Shown: positions 1 through 8,961 of the stretch, piece after piece
Numbering within the stretch: position 1 is the first letter of the stretch
How the letters are laid out: each line of letters begins with the position of its first letter
From: an uncultured Ohtaekwangia sp.
GTDB lineage: Bacteria; Bacteroidota; Bacteroidia; Cytophagales; Cyclobacteriaceae
Length of the DNA: 42,088 nt
Direction: 5' to 3'
NCBI GenBank assembly: GCA_964571345.1
Contig: CAZNCO010000001.1
Location: 1-42,088, forward strand
Translations under genes and position numbers: made by a program
Notes under the pieces: model-generated
Seen by the model: the letters and a program-made list of their open reading frames with translations, nothing else
The model's database searches: none
What the model was told of the DNA's origin: nothing

Positions 1-2138
1 CCAATCCTGTTATACCTTGAGTTTACTTCAGTGTGGTAGCGAGGATCGCGGAACCAGGAATAAGTAGGTGTGAAGGCCAAACTAAGCGAAATGGTCGTCC
101 CGGGTGTTGGTAACATCGGGTTATCGATACTATTGCGCGACAACACAGTGGTTAGCATGAACGAATTTGTTGCACCAACTGCCGGCAACGTATTTCCTCC
201 AAAGTATTTGCTGTAGTCATACACTTTGAACTCAAATGAATGTGTCAGCGTAAAGTAGTTGTCGGGCCATGAAAGTCTTCTTCCAAAGCCTATTGTAATA
301 CCACTCTGCTTTAGGTAAGCACCGTTTGAATAGTCATAACTTGTGCCACTAAAACCACTCGGAATTCTGGAGACAGATTTATTCAAACTTACGGTTAAAG
401 AGTTTGGCTTCTTACCACCAAGCCAAGGCTCCGTAAAAGCAAGACTGTAACTCTGAAAAGATTGCCCGTTCGCCTGGACCTGCAAGGATAATCTCTGACC
501 ATCTCCCACAGGTAATGGTCTCCATTTTTTGAAGTGACGAACATTTCTCAACGAGAAATTATTAAACGTCAATCCAACCGTGCCTACGAAACCGTAATAG
601 CCACCCCATCCGCCCGAAAGCTGCACCTGGTCGTTAGATTGCTCCTCCAATTTCCAACCAATATTAACAGTACCATTTTGCGGGTTGGGACGAATGTCTT
701 GTTCAATCTTTTGCGGATTAAAAAATCCCATTTGTGACAGCTGCTGCTGAGTGCGTATAATATCTGCCCTTCTGAATTTCTGACCCGGAATCGTAGAAAG
801 TTCTCTTCGGATTACGTGCTCACTTGTACGTTCGTTTCCTGTGATGGTAACCTGATCAATAATTGCCTGGTCGCCCTCGAATATTCGCATCTCCACATCG
901 ATTGAGTCGCCCTCTACAGCAACCTCCACCGGAGTGACATGGAAGAAAAGATACCCATCGTCCATGTAAAGACCACCAATATCAGCGCCTCCCTTTGGAT
1001 TAAAAGTTGTTTTCTTATCAATCAATTCCCGGCTGTAAACATCTCCTTTTTTGATATCAAGAACTTTATTGAGTGTGGCAGATGAATAGATGTAATTACC
1101 CGTCCAGATGATATTTCGAAAATAGTATTTTCTGCCTTCTACCAGTTTCACTTTAATATCAATTGTTGACTTATTGTAATTGTAAACTGTGTCTGATAAA
1201 ATATCGGCATCCCGATACCCTGCCCCGTTCAAAAACGTAACGATTCTTTTCTTGTCATCCTCGTAATCGGCTTTGAGAAACTTAGAACTCTTTAAAAAAT
1301 TCAATTTTATATTCTCATTAAGAAAGCCTTTCACTTCGCGCCAACTTGTGGCACGGCTAGAATCAAAAAATTCTTTCACTTTTTTCGGGCGAAGATTGAT
1401 CAAGCCAGCAAGCAGGGTGCGATGAATAGCGACACGTGCATATTCATGCGTCTTTTTCATTTTCTTCTTGAGTATTTCATCTGGTATATCCTTGTTCCCT
1501 TCAAAACTGATTTTGTGAACTTTTACTTTTGATTGAAGGTCAACATCCAGGCGGAGGCGCACGCCTCCACGGTTCAACGTATCCCTCTCCTTGGTGATTT
1601 TAACAGTGGTATTCAAATATCCTTTTTTAACGAAGTGTTTTCTCACTGAACTTTCTGCATTTCGAATCATTGCATCGGTAACAATTTTTCCGCGAATCAA
1701 GGAAAGATCTTCCTTGAGTGAAGATTGTTTGCCCGAAGAAATGCCTTTGAAATAAAAATCGGTGAGTCGTGGCCGCTCGGTCAATCTTACAATCAAATAA
1801 ACATTTGAATCTTCAATCCGGTCAACCGAAATAGTTACGTCACCCACTAAGCCGTGCTTCCAAAGCTTGCGAATAGCATTGGATGTTGCAGTTCCCGGAA
1901 TTTTGATTTTATCTCCAATCTTCAAACCGGTCAAAGAAATCATCGCATTTTTATCCAAAACATTCAAGCCAACTACGTCAATACCTGCTATCGTATATTC
2001 AGAGGGGCTTGCGTAATTGAGTGAAGTGGAAGAGCGTTGCTGTTCCTGAGTGGCGGGAGTATTTCGTCTGCGAAATTGTGCCTGAGACTCAATAAAAATT
2101 AGCTGGGCGAAAACAACTAAAAGTAAAATCCTCTTCAT
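1..2138 (-). CDS. bamA: Outer membrane protein assembly factor BamA (POTRA domains plus start of beta-barrel); runs off the left edge
   Basis: Absent from the ORF track because it is truncated. Hand translation from ATG 2138: MKRILLLVVFAQLIFIESQAQ signal peptide; POTRA motifs ITGNERTSEHVIRREL and LYMDDGYLFF; barrel start DQVQLSGGWGG...FNNFS...GDGQRLSL...FTEPWLGGKKPNS. Directly downstream of uppS. Confidence 0.95.
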   Translation of the reverse strand, partial: MKRILLLVVFAQLIFIESQAQFRRRNTPATQEQQRSSTSLNYASPSEYTIAGIDVVGLNVLDKNAMISLTGLKIGDKIKIPGTATSNAIRKLWKHGLVGDVTISVDRIEDSNVYLIVRLTERPRLTDFYFKGISSGKQSSLKEDLSLIRGKIVTDAMIRNAESSVRKHFVKKGYLNTTVKITKERDTLNRGGVRLRLDVDLQSKVKVHKISFEGNKDIPDEILKKKMKKTHEYARVAIHRTLLAGLINLRPKKVKEFFDSSRATSWREVKGFLNENIKLNFLKSSKFLKADYEDDKKRIVTFLNGAGYRDADILSDTVYNYNKSTIDIKVKLVEGRKYYFRNIIWTGNYIYSSATLNKVLDIKKGDVYSRELIDKKTTFNPKGGADIGGLYMDDGYLFFHVTPVEVAVEGDSIDVEMRIFEGDQAIIDQVTITGNERTSEHVIRRELSTIPGQKFRRADIIRTQQQLSQMGFFNPQKIEQDIRPNPQNGTVNIGWKLEEQSNDQVQLSGGWGGYYGFVGTVGLTFNNFSLRNVRHFKKWRPLPVGDGQRLSLQVQANGQSFQSYSLAFTEPWLGGKKPNSLTVSLNKSVSRIPSGFSGTSYDYSNGAYLKQSGITIGFGRRLSWPDNYFTLTHSFEFKVYDYSKYFGGNTLPAVGATNSFMLTTVLSRNSIDNPMLPTPGTTISLSLAFTPTYSWFRDPRYHTEVNSRYNRI

Positions 2139-2144
2139 TCGTTT

Positions 2145-2888
2145 TTATACTATAGGGGTCAACACTTTTCCAAACCTGCGTTCTCGTTTTTGATAGGCAC
2201 ATATTGCTTCATACAAATCTTCTTTTCTGAAATCAGGCCAAAGTTTTGAGGTAAAGTAAAATTCTGTATACGCCATTTGCCATAATAAAAAATTGCTAAT
2301 CCGCATTTCTCCGCTGGTGCGGATCAATAGCTCAGGATCAGGCACTCCACTGGTTTCCAAATTGTCTTCGATGATGGTCTCATCAATTTGATCTGGATGC
2401 AAAATTCCTTTCTGCACTTTCTCAGCAATTCTCTTTGTCATTGCTATAATTTCTCGCCTCCCGCTGTAACTAAGTGCCAACTGTAGAGTGAGCCCAGTAT
2501 TATTTTTAGTTGCCTCAACTCCCTCTTGCAAACTCCTCTGGCACGCCATGGGCAACATATCTAATTCACCTATCAATCTTAACCTCACTTTATTTTTCAA
2601 GAGAGAATCAAGTTCCTTTTGAAGAGTCGTTACCAACAATTCCATCAAGCCATCCACTTCTTCTTTTGGCCGCGACCAATTCTCGGTACTGAAAGCATAC
2701 AGCGTCAGATACCTTATACCCAACTCGCCACACCCCTCGGTAATTTCTTTAACCGATTGAACCGCGTTGCGATGCCCAAAAATCCGAGCTGCCCCCTTCT
2801 TGTTTGCCCAACGTCCATTGCCGTCCATAATAGCAGCTATGTGTTGAGGCAAATTGCCTAAGTCTATATTTTCCTTAAAAGATGCCAC
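2145..2888 (-). CDS. uppS: Isoprenyl transferase / undecaprenyl diphosphate synthase
   Basis: IMDGNGRWA, YAFSTENW and IRTSGEMRISNF motifs. Start placed at GTG 2888 because a TACTTTTG -7 box lies at 2903-2896 (ORF track start is 2921). Confidence 0.95.
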   Translation of the reverse strand: MASFKENIDLGNLPQHIAAIMDGNGRWANKKGAARIFGHRNAVQSVKEITEGCGELGIRYLTLYAFSTENWSRPKEEVDGLMELLVTTLQKELDSLLKNKVRLRLIGELDMLPMACQRSLQEGVEATKNNTGLTLQLALSYSGRREIIAMTKRIAEKVQKGILHPDQIDETIIEDNLETSGVPDPELLIRTSGEMRISNFLLWQMAYTEFYFTSKLWPDFRKEDLYEAICAYQKRERRFGKVLTPIV

Positions 2889-2994
2889 AAGGGTGCAAAA
2901 GTAGCCTTTTTTTCGATTCAAAAACCCTCGTTCTTTCTCGAATTAATGGCTTAAAGTAGATGATTTAGGAGGTAGGAAAGTTTTATCACTATCC

Positions 2995-3690
2995 TCATTT
3001 ATATGGGCTAGACGGGCAGGGTATGTCGTAAAAAGTGTAAGTCAGCGTAATCCCTGTAAAAAAATAATTATCGAAGTCGTTAGGATTGCCGTATTGGTAA
3101 GTCTTGTTTGTGGTATTTGGCGGACCAGAGATATTGTCCAGATAGTCAAAAAAGGTTTTTCGAATCCCAATTTCAAATGAGATATAATATTTTGGATTAA
3201 GGACATACTTCATGCCGCCTCCAAAAGGAATTGCAAATTGAACATTGCTATATTGAGCCGTCTTTTTGGTATTCCCCGAAATACCAAAGAGGCCAGCGCC
3301 TGCAAACAGATAAGGTGTAAACCTTAGTCTTCTTTTGGCATCGCGCCAATCCAGAAAATGATATTCGAAAACACCGGATAGTTCCATCAGGAAAATATCA
3401 AAGGACGCATTTCGCTTCACAGCAAACGGATCTATCGGGTTGCTGGCATCACTAGCCGCCAGTTGCCCGGCCGTAAGAGATGTTCTAAAACTGATGACAT
3501 GGCTGATATTGGAGCGATAGAAAACCGTTGCCGCAGGATGAGATTGGGCGAGATCGTATGTGCGCACCAGATCACCCGTATAATTAAAAATACCTAAGCC
3601 AAAACCGATTTCCGATTTCTGAGCTATCTGCGCATTGGCAAAAAAAGTAATAAAAGAAAAAACGAAACCAATGATGTATTTGCGCTTCAT
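2995..3690 (-). CDS. porG: DUF6089 / PorG-like outer-membrane beta-barrel protein
   Basis: Signal peptide MKRKYIIG...ANAQ from ATG 3690; NYTGDL, IPFGGGMKY, GIRKTFFDYLD and D-x-Y-F-F-x-G motifs. Position upstream of uppS-bamA matches porG of Porphyromonas. Confidence 0.7.
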   Translation of the reverse strand: MKRKYIIGFVFSFITFFANAQIAQKSEIGFGLGIFNYTGDLVRTYDLAQSHPAATVFYRSNISHVISFRTSLTAGQLAASDASNPIDPFAVKRNASFDIFLMELSGVFEYHFLDWRDAKRRLRFTPYLFAGAGLFGISGNTKKTAQYSNVQFAIPFGGGMKYVLNPKYYISFEIGIRKTFFDYLDNISGPPNTTNKTYQYGNPNDFDNYFFTGITLTYTFYDIPCPSSPYK

Positions 3691-3697
3691 GTTATGC

Positions 3698-4804
3698 TTA
3701 ACGGAACTTGGCGCGATGGAAAGTTGCCCCAAGGATGTACGTAACCTTAATGGAAGTGACCATGAAAATGTCATTTGCATTTGAGTGCCCTCGCCAGTTG
3801 TCTTTATATTCACTTCCATATCCTGCCACTACGGTATATGTGTTACCATCACGACCCTGATAAGTGTAAGGATTTGCCGGGGGTGCGGTTCCGTTGGCTC
3901 CAAGTTCATTGGTTCTGTAAGCCATGGCTTGGGCCAATTTAGTCATCGAAGGATCTTTGGCTTGAATAGCACCAATGTCAACATAATTCTTGCTTACATC
4001 ATCCAGATAATCTGTGAAAGTATAGCGGAAACCAATATCAGCCCATAAATCCAACACTTCGTTTAATCTGAAACGAGCGCCAATGCCAAATGGTATAGCA
4101 AACTGTAAAAGGCTATAAGGTTTTATTCCAAAATTAACATCGCCTTGTTTAAGTGTTGTGGAGTATTGGCCTTCTGTTCCCAAAGGTTGAAGATCAACCC
4201 ATTGACCAGCATAAGGATCCTTTTCCGGAGCCGCCCCATTCACACTCAAATAATAATCTGGAGCAATAGCTTGCGGATTCTGTAAAAAGAGTGATCCTCC
4301 AACGAAAACATAAGGAGTCCATTTAACACGGCTTATATAGGTTCCGTTGTTTTCGAATAAGTCGAAAACGGCAACAACCGTCAATTCTTTAATCTGATTA
4401 CGAAAAGATAGGTTTCTTAAATGTCTAGTATTGCTGTCAAAGGTTGACGTGGAGGCAGACTCAGCATCGCTTCCTTTCAAAGTACCGTACATAAACTGTG
4501 CAATCAATGTATAGCGCGGGCCGAATCTGTGAAAGAATGAAATGCCAAATCCTGGCTTCGTGAAAGAAATGTCTGTACTAAGTTTACTTGGCAAAGGTGA
4601 AAGGTCTCCAAAATAATTCAGGGCGTTTAACGAGAAGCCTACTCCTGAGTAAACTTTTTCTCTTCCAAAATGCTTTTTGCCGCGGTATGTGGCTATCCGC
4701 TTATTATTTCTTCTGATTTGATTTCGATTGAATTGGGCAGATGCATCAAGACCCAGCGTCAACAAAAAAATAACTGCTGTCAACCCAAAAAAAATCTTTT
4801 TCAT
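3698..4804 (-). CDS. DUF6089-family beta-barrel protein, longer paralogue
   Basis: Signal peptide ending ASAQ; NYFGDL, RNLSFRN, LQPLGTEGQ, IPFGIG and RYTFTDYLDDVS motifs, several shared with the neighbour. Confidence 0.8.
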   Translation of the reverse strand: MKKIFFGLTAVIFLLTLGLDASAQFNRNQIRRNNKRIATYRGKKHFGREKVYSGVGFSLNALNYFGDLSPLPSKLSTDISFTKPGFGISFFHRFGPRYTLIAQFMYGTLKGSDAESASTSTFDSNTRHLRNLSFRNQIKELTVVAVFDLFENNGTYISRVKWTPYVFVGGSLFLQNPQAIAPDYYLSVNGAAPEKDPYAGQWVDLQPLGTEGQYSTTLKQGDVNFGIKPYSLLQFAIPFGIGARFRLNEVLDLWADIGFRYTFTDYLDDVSKNYVDIGAIQAKDPSMTKLAQAMAYRTNELGANGTAPPANPYTYQGRDGNTYTVVAGYGSEYKDNWRGHSNANDIFMVTSIKVTYILGATFHRAKFR

Positions 4805-4827
4805 AACTAACGAATTAAGCCGAATAG

Positions 4828-4835
4828 CAAAGTTA
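4828..4835 (-). promoter_or_regulatory. Bacteroidota primary-sigma -7 box (TAACTTTG)
   Basis: Matches TAnnTTTG 23 bp upstream of ATG 4804. Confidence 0.5.
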
Positions 4836-4879
4836 TAAATTTATGATCATTAGACACTTCCGCAACAAAGAATTAACCA

Positions 4880-5755
4880 CTAATTTCTCAAGTCGAGACC
4901 CCAATTGAGCTTTTGGCGAAGTGTGTCAAAATAATTCTGGCCCGGCAATTGAATAAGCTTGGCGCTAAAGCTTTCCTTTTTTACTTTCAACTTCACCGTG
5001 TCATCGATTGTTTCAAACCTCGAATCCAACGAAATCAAATAGCGCTTGCTTCGGCCTTCGATGTGAAAACTTATCTCAGATTTGTCGGATAATACAATTG
5101 GTCGAGTTCCAAGATTATGCGGGCTAACAGGTGTTATGATGAAGCTTTCTGATTTTGGATAAACAAGTGGCCCTCCACAACTCAAAGAATACCCAGTAGA
5201 GCCAGTTGGGGTTGAAACAATTATGCCGTCTGCCCAATAGGAATTGAGAAGCTCGCCATCTACATAAACATGCACGGTGATCATCGAAGAAGTATCTTTT
5301 TTCATAATTGTAAAATCATTCAGTGCAAAGTTCAGGCTGCCAAAAAGCTTTGGCATTGACATTAATTTGAGAACTGAGCGGCTGTCAATTTTGTAATCAC
5401 CTTTAAAAAGAGCATCGATCGAACTCTCGACCTCTTCACGGCCTGTGGTAGCCAAAAACCCCAGACGGCCTGTGTTTATACCCAGTATAGGAACTTCAGC
5501 TTTACCAATGTAGGTAACCGATTCGAGCATCGTGCCATCGCCACCTAGCGAGAAAAAAAAATCGAGATTACGCAGGTGGCCTTCGTGGTCGAAAGTTTTT
5601 AGCTTTAAATCTTTTAAGCGCGAAGATTTTATCTGTTTCAACAACTTATCCGAAACCCAAACTTCAGCTTTCTTTTGCTTTAAGACTTCCAAAATCTTTT
5701 CAATAAATCGGGTAGATTTATTCTGAAAGTCCATACCATGTATGCCAACTCTCAT
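4880..5755 (-). CDS. nadK: NAD kinase
   Basis: GGDGT, GINTGRLGFL, LND and TPTGSTGYSLSCGGP motifs. Confidence 0.95.
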   Translation of the reverse strand: MRVGIHGMDFQNKSTRFIEKILEVLKQKKAEVWVSDKLLKQIKSSRLKDLKLKTFDHEGHLRNLDFFFSLGGDGTMLESVTYIGKAEVPILGINTGRLGFLATTGREEVESSIDALFKGDYKIDSRSVLKLMSMPKLFGSLNFALNDFTIMKKDTSSMITVHVYVDGELLNSYWADGIIVSTPTGSTGYSLSCGGPLVYPKSESFIITPVSPHNLGTRPIVLSDKSEISFHIEGRSKRYLISLDSRFETIDDTVKLKVKKESFSAKLIQLPGQNYFDTLRQKLNWGLDLRN

Positions 5756-5759
5756 TCGA

Positions 5760-6425
5760 TCAGATGTCTAAATATTTCAGCAATAAATCGAGTCTCTCGC
5801 GCTCGGCTTCTGGCGCACGCGATTCCTGATAACGCCCGATAACACGGTAACTGAAACGTTCAAGGGTAGCTACGATGCGAGACAAATCCTGTTGATTAAT
5901 CTTCAAAGTAACCTTTATCTTCCCTTTGTCCATCGGATCTTCAATCAGAGATGAACTGATTACCTTTGCATTATTCTCCTCAACATACCTGGCAATTTCA
6001 GCAAGGGAATAATCTATCAAGTCCATTGAAAGCACCAGAATTCCTCCGGGCATTTGAACAGCCGCTGTCTGCGCAAAGGATGCCATGATATCCTGCACAG
6101 TAATCACACCCTGATATTTATTCTCATCGTTTAGCACTGCCACCATCTGCATTTTATTCTCATTTGCGATGCGCAGGATATCATAAAAGTGAGAATCCAT
6201 TCCCACTACACATTTCTTTCCAATCAGATCATAGCCGCTAAGATCTTTGTCATTTTTATTAGACTCTAAAATGATTTCTTCGGAAATAAATCCCAACAAT
6301 TCTCCATCGCGCACCACGGGCAATTGATTGCATCTGAACTCCTCCATCCACACAATGGCCTTATGGGAATCATCCGTAACTTTTAATGGAGGTATCATGT
6401 GGTTGATCAATTCTTCCGCTATCAT
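5760..6425 (-). CDS. CBS-pair protein with C-terminal ACT-like domain (AcuB-like)
   Basis: LPVVRDGELLGFIS and AVLNDENKYQGVIT CBS motifs; C-terminal SLAEIARYVEENNAKVISS. ATGA overlap with the upstream hydrolase. Confidence 0.85.
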   Translation of the reverse strand: MIAEELINHMIPPLKVTDDSHKAIVWMEEFRCNQLPVVRDGELLGFISEEIILESNKNDKDLSGYDLIGKKCVVGMDSHFYDILRIANENKMQMVAVLNDENKYQGVITVQDIMASFAQTAAVQMPGGILVLSMDLIDYSLAEIARYVEENNAKVISSSLIEDPMDKGKIKVTLKINQQDLSRIVATLERFSYRVIGRYQESRAPEAERERLDLLLKYLDI

Positions 6426-7189
6426 GCTGCTGCCGTTTTTCTCATCAAAAACTCCTCGACAATGTTATTGAATTTGTCAGGATGCTCCATCATAGGTGCA
6501 TGACAACATTTATCTACAAACCTAAGCTCTGAATGGCTGATTAACCGATTAAATTCATGCGCTACCATAGGGGGCGTGATTGTGTCATTTAATCCCCAAA
6601 CCAGCAACGTGGGAACCTGTATATTCTTTAATTCAGTAGCTAAATTATTTCGCTGGGCAGATTTGGCGATCGCTACAATCCTCATGCATTTTGGAATACT
6701 CTTGGTCGTTTCAAAAACCTCGTCAACTAATTCTTTAGAAGCGACCTTGGGATCGTAGAAAGTATAGGCCACGCGTTCGCGGATATAGTCGTAACTGCCT
6801 CTGCGTGGGTAAGAACCACCCATAGTATTTTCGAAAAGACCAGAACTGCCCGTTAGAACAAGTTTGGTAACTTTTTGAGGATTGTGAAGCGTATACAAAA
6901 TGCCGATGTGCCCACCCAATGAGTTACCCATGATAATCATGTTATCAAGATTCATCATTGCCACAAATCCTTCTGTAAACTCACGCAATCCCTCAAGGCC
7001 CGCTTCCTTAATGGGCATTTCATAAATTGGTAGCATTGGAATAACCACTCTCAGTCTTTTGGAATAGAAATTCACCACTGCCTCCCAGTTGCTGAGCGCA
7101 CCAAAAAGACCGTGCAGTAGCATCAATGTCTGTCCTTGACCTTCATCCACGTACTTAAACCCATCCTTTTCTCTAACCGTGAGCGCCAT
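6422..7189 (-). CDS. Alpha/beta-fold hydrolase
   Basis: LLHGLFG, nucleophile elbow GNSLGG, WGLND and CCHAPMMEHP. Start taken at ATG 7189 (MALTVREK). Confidence 0.9.
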   Translation of the reverse strand: MALTVREKDGFKYVDEGQGQTLMLLHGLFGALSNWEAVVNFYSKRLRVVIPMLPIYEMPIKEAGLEGLREFTEGFVAMMNLDNMIIMGNSLGGHIGILYTLHNPQKVTKLVLTGSSGLFENTMGGSYPRRGSYDYIRERVAYTFYDPKVASKELVDEVFETTKSIPKCMRIVAIAKSAQRNNLATELKNIQVPTLLVWGLNDTITPPMVAHEFNRLISHSELRFVDKCCHAPMMEHPDKFNNIVEEFLMRKTAAA

Positions 7190-7232
7190 CGAAATCCCAT
7201 TTTCTTGATAAGTAAGCAAAAAAAAACGAACC

Positions 7233-7739
7233 TTAGAACTGTCTGAATATTTCTTTGAAGAAAGGTACAAATCCAGCGAAGAAATCTGCTACATGCGAAG
7301 CGAATGAAACCGTCCACGGGTAGAGCCATGATCCACGCGTCCAACTTTCTGAAAATGTGAGGTTAACAGCTTTCGCCAGCCATAAAATGATACTGGCGCA
7401 AAACGCATATTTCAACACACCGAGCACCGCACCCATGGTAGCATCCACTTTCCCTAAAAAAGAATCATCCATCAAATGTTTGATGCGGTTTCCGATGAAA
7501 ATGACAATAATCACCACTAAAATAAAGATGAGCAAGAAAGAAAGGTAAGGCAGAAAAGATGTGTCGGCATTAAATTCCTTGTGAAGAAACTCTACTCCCC
7601 AGCCGGTAAATTTAAAGCCAACGAGGACACCAATAATCAGTGCTGCCAGAAAAAATAGCTCGGCTAAAAATCCTCTTTTGTATCCAAGATAGCCACCGAT
7701 CAAAAACAAAATGCTTAATGCAATATCAATCTTACTCAA
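7233..7739 (-). CDS. cvpA: CvpA family (colicin V production) membrane protein
   Basis: IDIAL...GYKRGFLAE N-terminus, LGKVDATMGAVLG, four hydrophobic segments. TTG start overlaps the yqeY stop. Confidence 0.85.
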   Translation of the reverse strand: MSKIDIALSILFLIGGYLGYKRGFLAELFFLAALIIGVLVGFKFTGWGVEFLHKEFNADTSFLPYLSFLLIFILVVIIVIFIGNRIKHLMDDSFLGKVDATMGAVLGVLKYAFCASIILWLAKAVNLTFSESWTRGSWLYPWTVSFASHVADFFAGFVPFFKEIFRQF

Positions 7740-8188
7740 GAGGCTAGCAGTTTTTTAACCAACTCTGAAATCACTTTTCCGTCAGCCTGTCCGGCCAATT
7801 GCTTTGTGGCTGTGCCCATCACCTTACCCATATCTTGAGGACCTTTAGCTCCCACTTGTGCAATGATCACTTTCACGGCTGCTTCAATTTCTTCAGCAGA
7901 AAGCTGCTTTGGTAAATAGCGATTGATAATCTCTAACTGAAAGAGTTCGCGCTTAGCTAAGTCTTCGCGATTTTCTTTCTGAAAGATTTCAGCAGACTCC
8001 TTGCGTTGTTTGGCTGCCTTCATCAGGATTTTTCCTTCAACTTCGCCTGAAAGATCTCCCGTACTACTCTTATCCGTTTCCGCCAGTAAAATCATGCTCT
8101 TAATGCTACGCAGTGCTTCCAATTCTTCTTTATTCTTGGCAAGCATTGCTGCTTTGATATCGTTGTCAATTTTTAATTTTAAGCTCAT
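7736..8188 (-). CDS. yqeY: GatB/YqeY domain protein
   Basis: DIKAAMLAK, KQRKES, YLPKQLS, DMGKVMG and ADGK motifs. Confidence 0.92.
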   Translation of the reverse strand: MSLKLKIDNDIKAAMLAKNKEELEALRSIKSMILLAETDKSSTGDLSGEVEGKILMKAAKQRKESAEIFQKENREDLAKRELFQLEIINRYLPKQLSAEEIEAAVKVIIAQVGAKGPQDMGKVMGTATKQLAGQADGKVISELVKKLLAS

Positions 8189-8197
8189 AGGAGTTTG

Positions 8198-8205
8198 TAA
8201 ATTTG
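8198..8205 (+). promoter_or_regulatory. -7 box (TAAATTTG) for pdxJ in a 48-bp divergent intergenic region
   Basis: TAnnTTTG match. A TAATTTCG variant on the minus strand nearby could serve yqeY. Confidence 0.5.
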
Positions 8206-8236
8206 TTGGGCGAAATTAATACAAGACAAACAATAA

Positions 8237-8950
8237 ATGACACGCCTTTCGGTAAACATCAATAAGATTGCTACGTTACGCAATGCCCGTGGTGGTAATA
8301 ATCCCAATGTAATTCAGGTAGCTCTTGATTGCGAACGATTTGGTGCACAAGGCATCACCGTACACCCGCGACCAGACGAACGGCATATTCGCTACCAAGA
8401 TGTGATTGATCTGAAAAAAGTGGTGACGACTGAATTTAACATTGAGGGCTACCCCGACAAACGATACATGGACCTGGTTTTAAAAACAAAACCTGCGCAA
8501 GCTACACTAGTACCCGACAAGCCTGATGCCATCACCTCTAATGCTGGCTGGGATACGATTAGGAATGAATCTTTGCTTCGCGATGTAACCGATGAATTAA
8601 AGAAAAACGGAATTCGTGTATCCATCTTTGTGTATCCGGATGAACGCATGGTGGAGGGAGCAAAAAAATGCGGAGCCAGTCGTATTGAACTTTACACTGA
8701 ACCTTACGCTTCCAAATTTCATATCGACAAAGAAGCCGCCATCAGACCTTACATCTCGGCAGCTACTATTGCTCAAAAAATCAATTTAGGAATAAATGCG
8801 GGTCATGATCTCGATCTTAACAACCTGAAATTTCTTCATCAATCTATTCCTTTTCTGTATGAAGTTTCAATCGGTCATGCGCTTGTATGCGATGCTCTTT
8901 ATTACGGATTGGAAAATACGATTCAACTTTACCTGCGGCAGCTCGAGTGA
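8237..8950 (+). CDS. pdxJ: Pyridoxine 5'-phosphate synthase
   Basis: [34 protein letters not shown] and EVSIGHAL motifs. Confidence 0.97.
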   Translation: MTRLSVNINKIATLRNARGGNNPNVIQVALDCERFGAQGITVHPRPDERHIRYQDVIDLKKVVTTEFNIEGYPDKRYMDLVLKTKPAQATLVPDKPDAITSNAGWDTIRNESLLRDVTDELKKNGIRVSIFVYPDERMVEGAKKCGASRIELYTEPYASKFHIDKEAAIRPYISAATIAQKINLGINAGHDLDLNNLKFLHQSIPFLYEVSIGHALVCDALYYGLENTIQLYLRQLE

Positions 8951-8961
8951 ATTTTTGAAGA

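Noticed and set aside
534-737. 67-aa plus-strand ORF, and the many other short ORF-track entries lying within or antisense to long genes
   Set aside because: Shadow ORFs of well-supported genes (bamA, fumC, recJ, gltB and others), with no motifs or signals.
3691-3819. N-terminal extension of the porG-like ORF in the track
   Set aside because: Overlaps the upstream paralogue; the signal peptide starts at ATG 3690.
7233-7739. cvpA as evidence of a bacteriocin cluster
   Set aside because: CvpA is a common housekeeping membrane protein; no precursor, transporter or immunity gene is adjacent.
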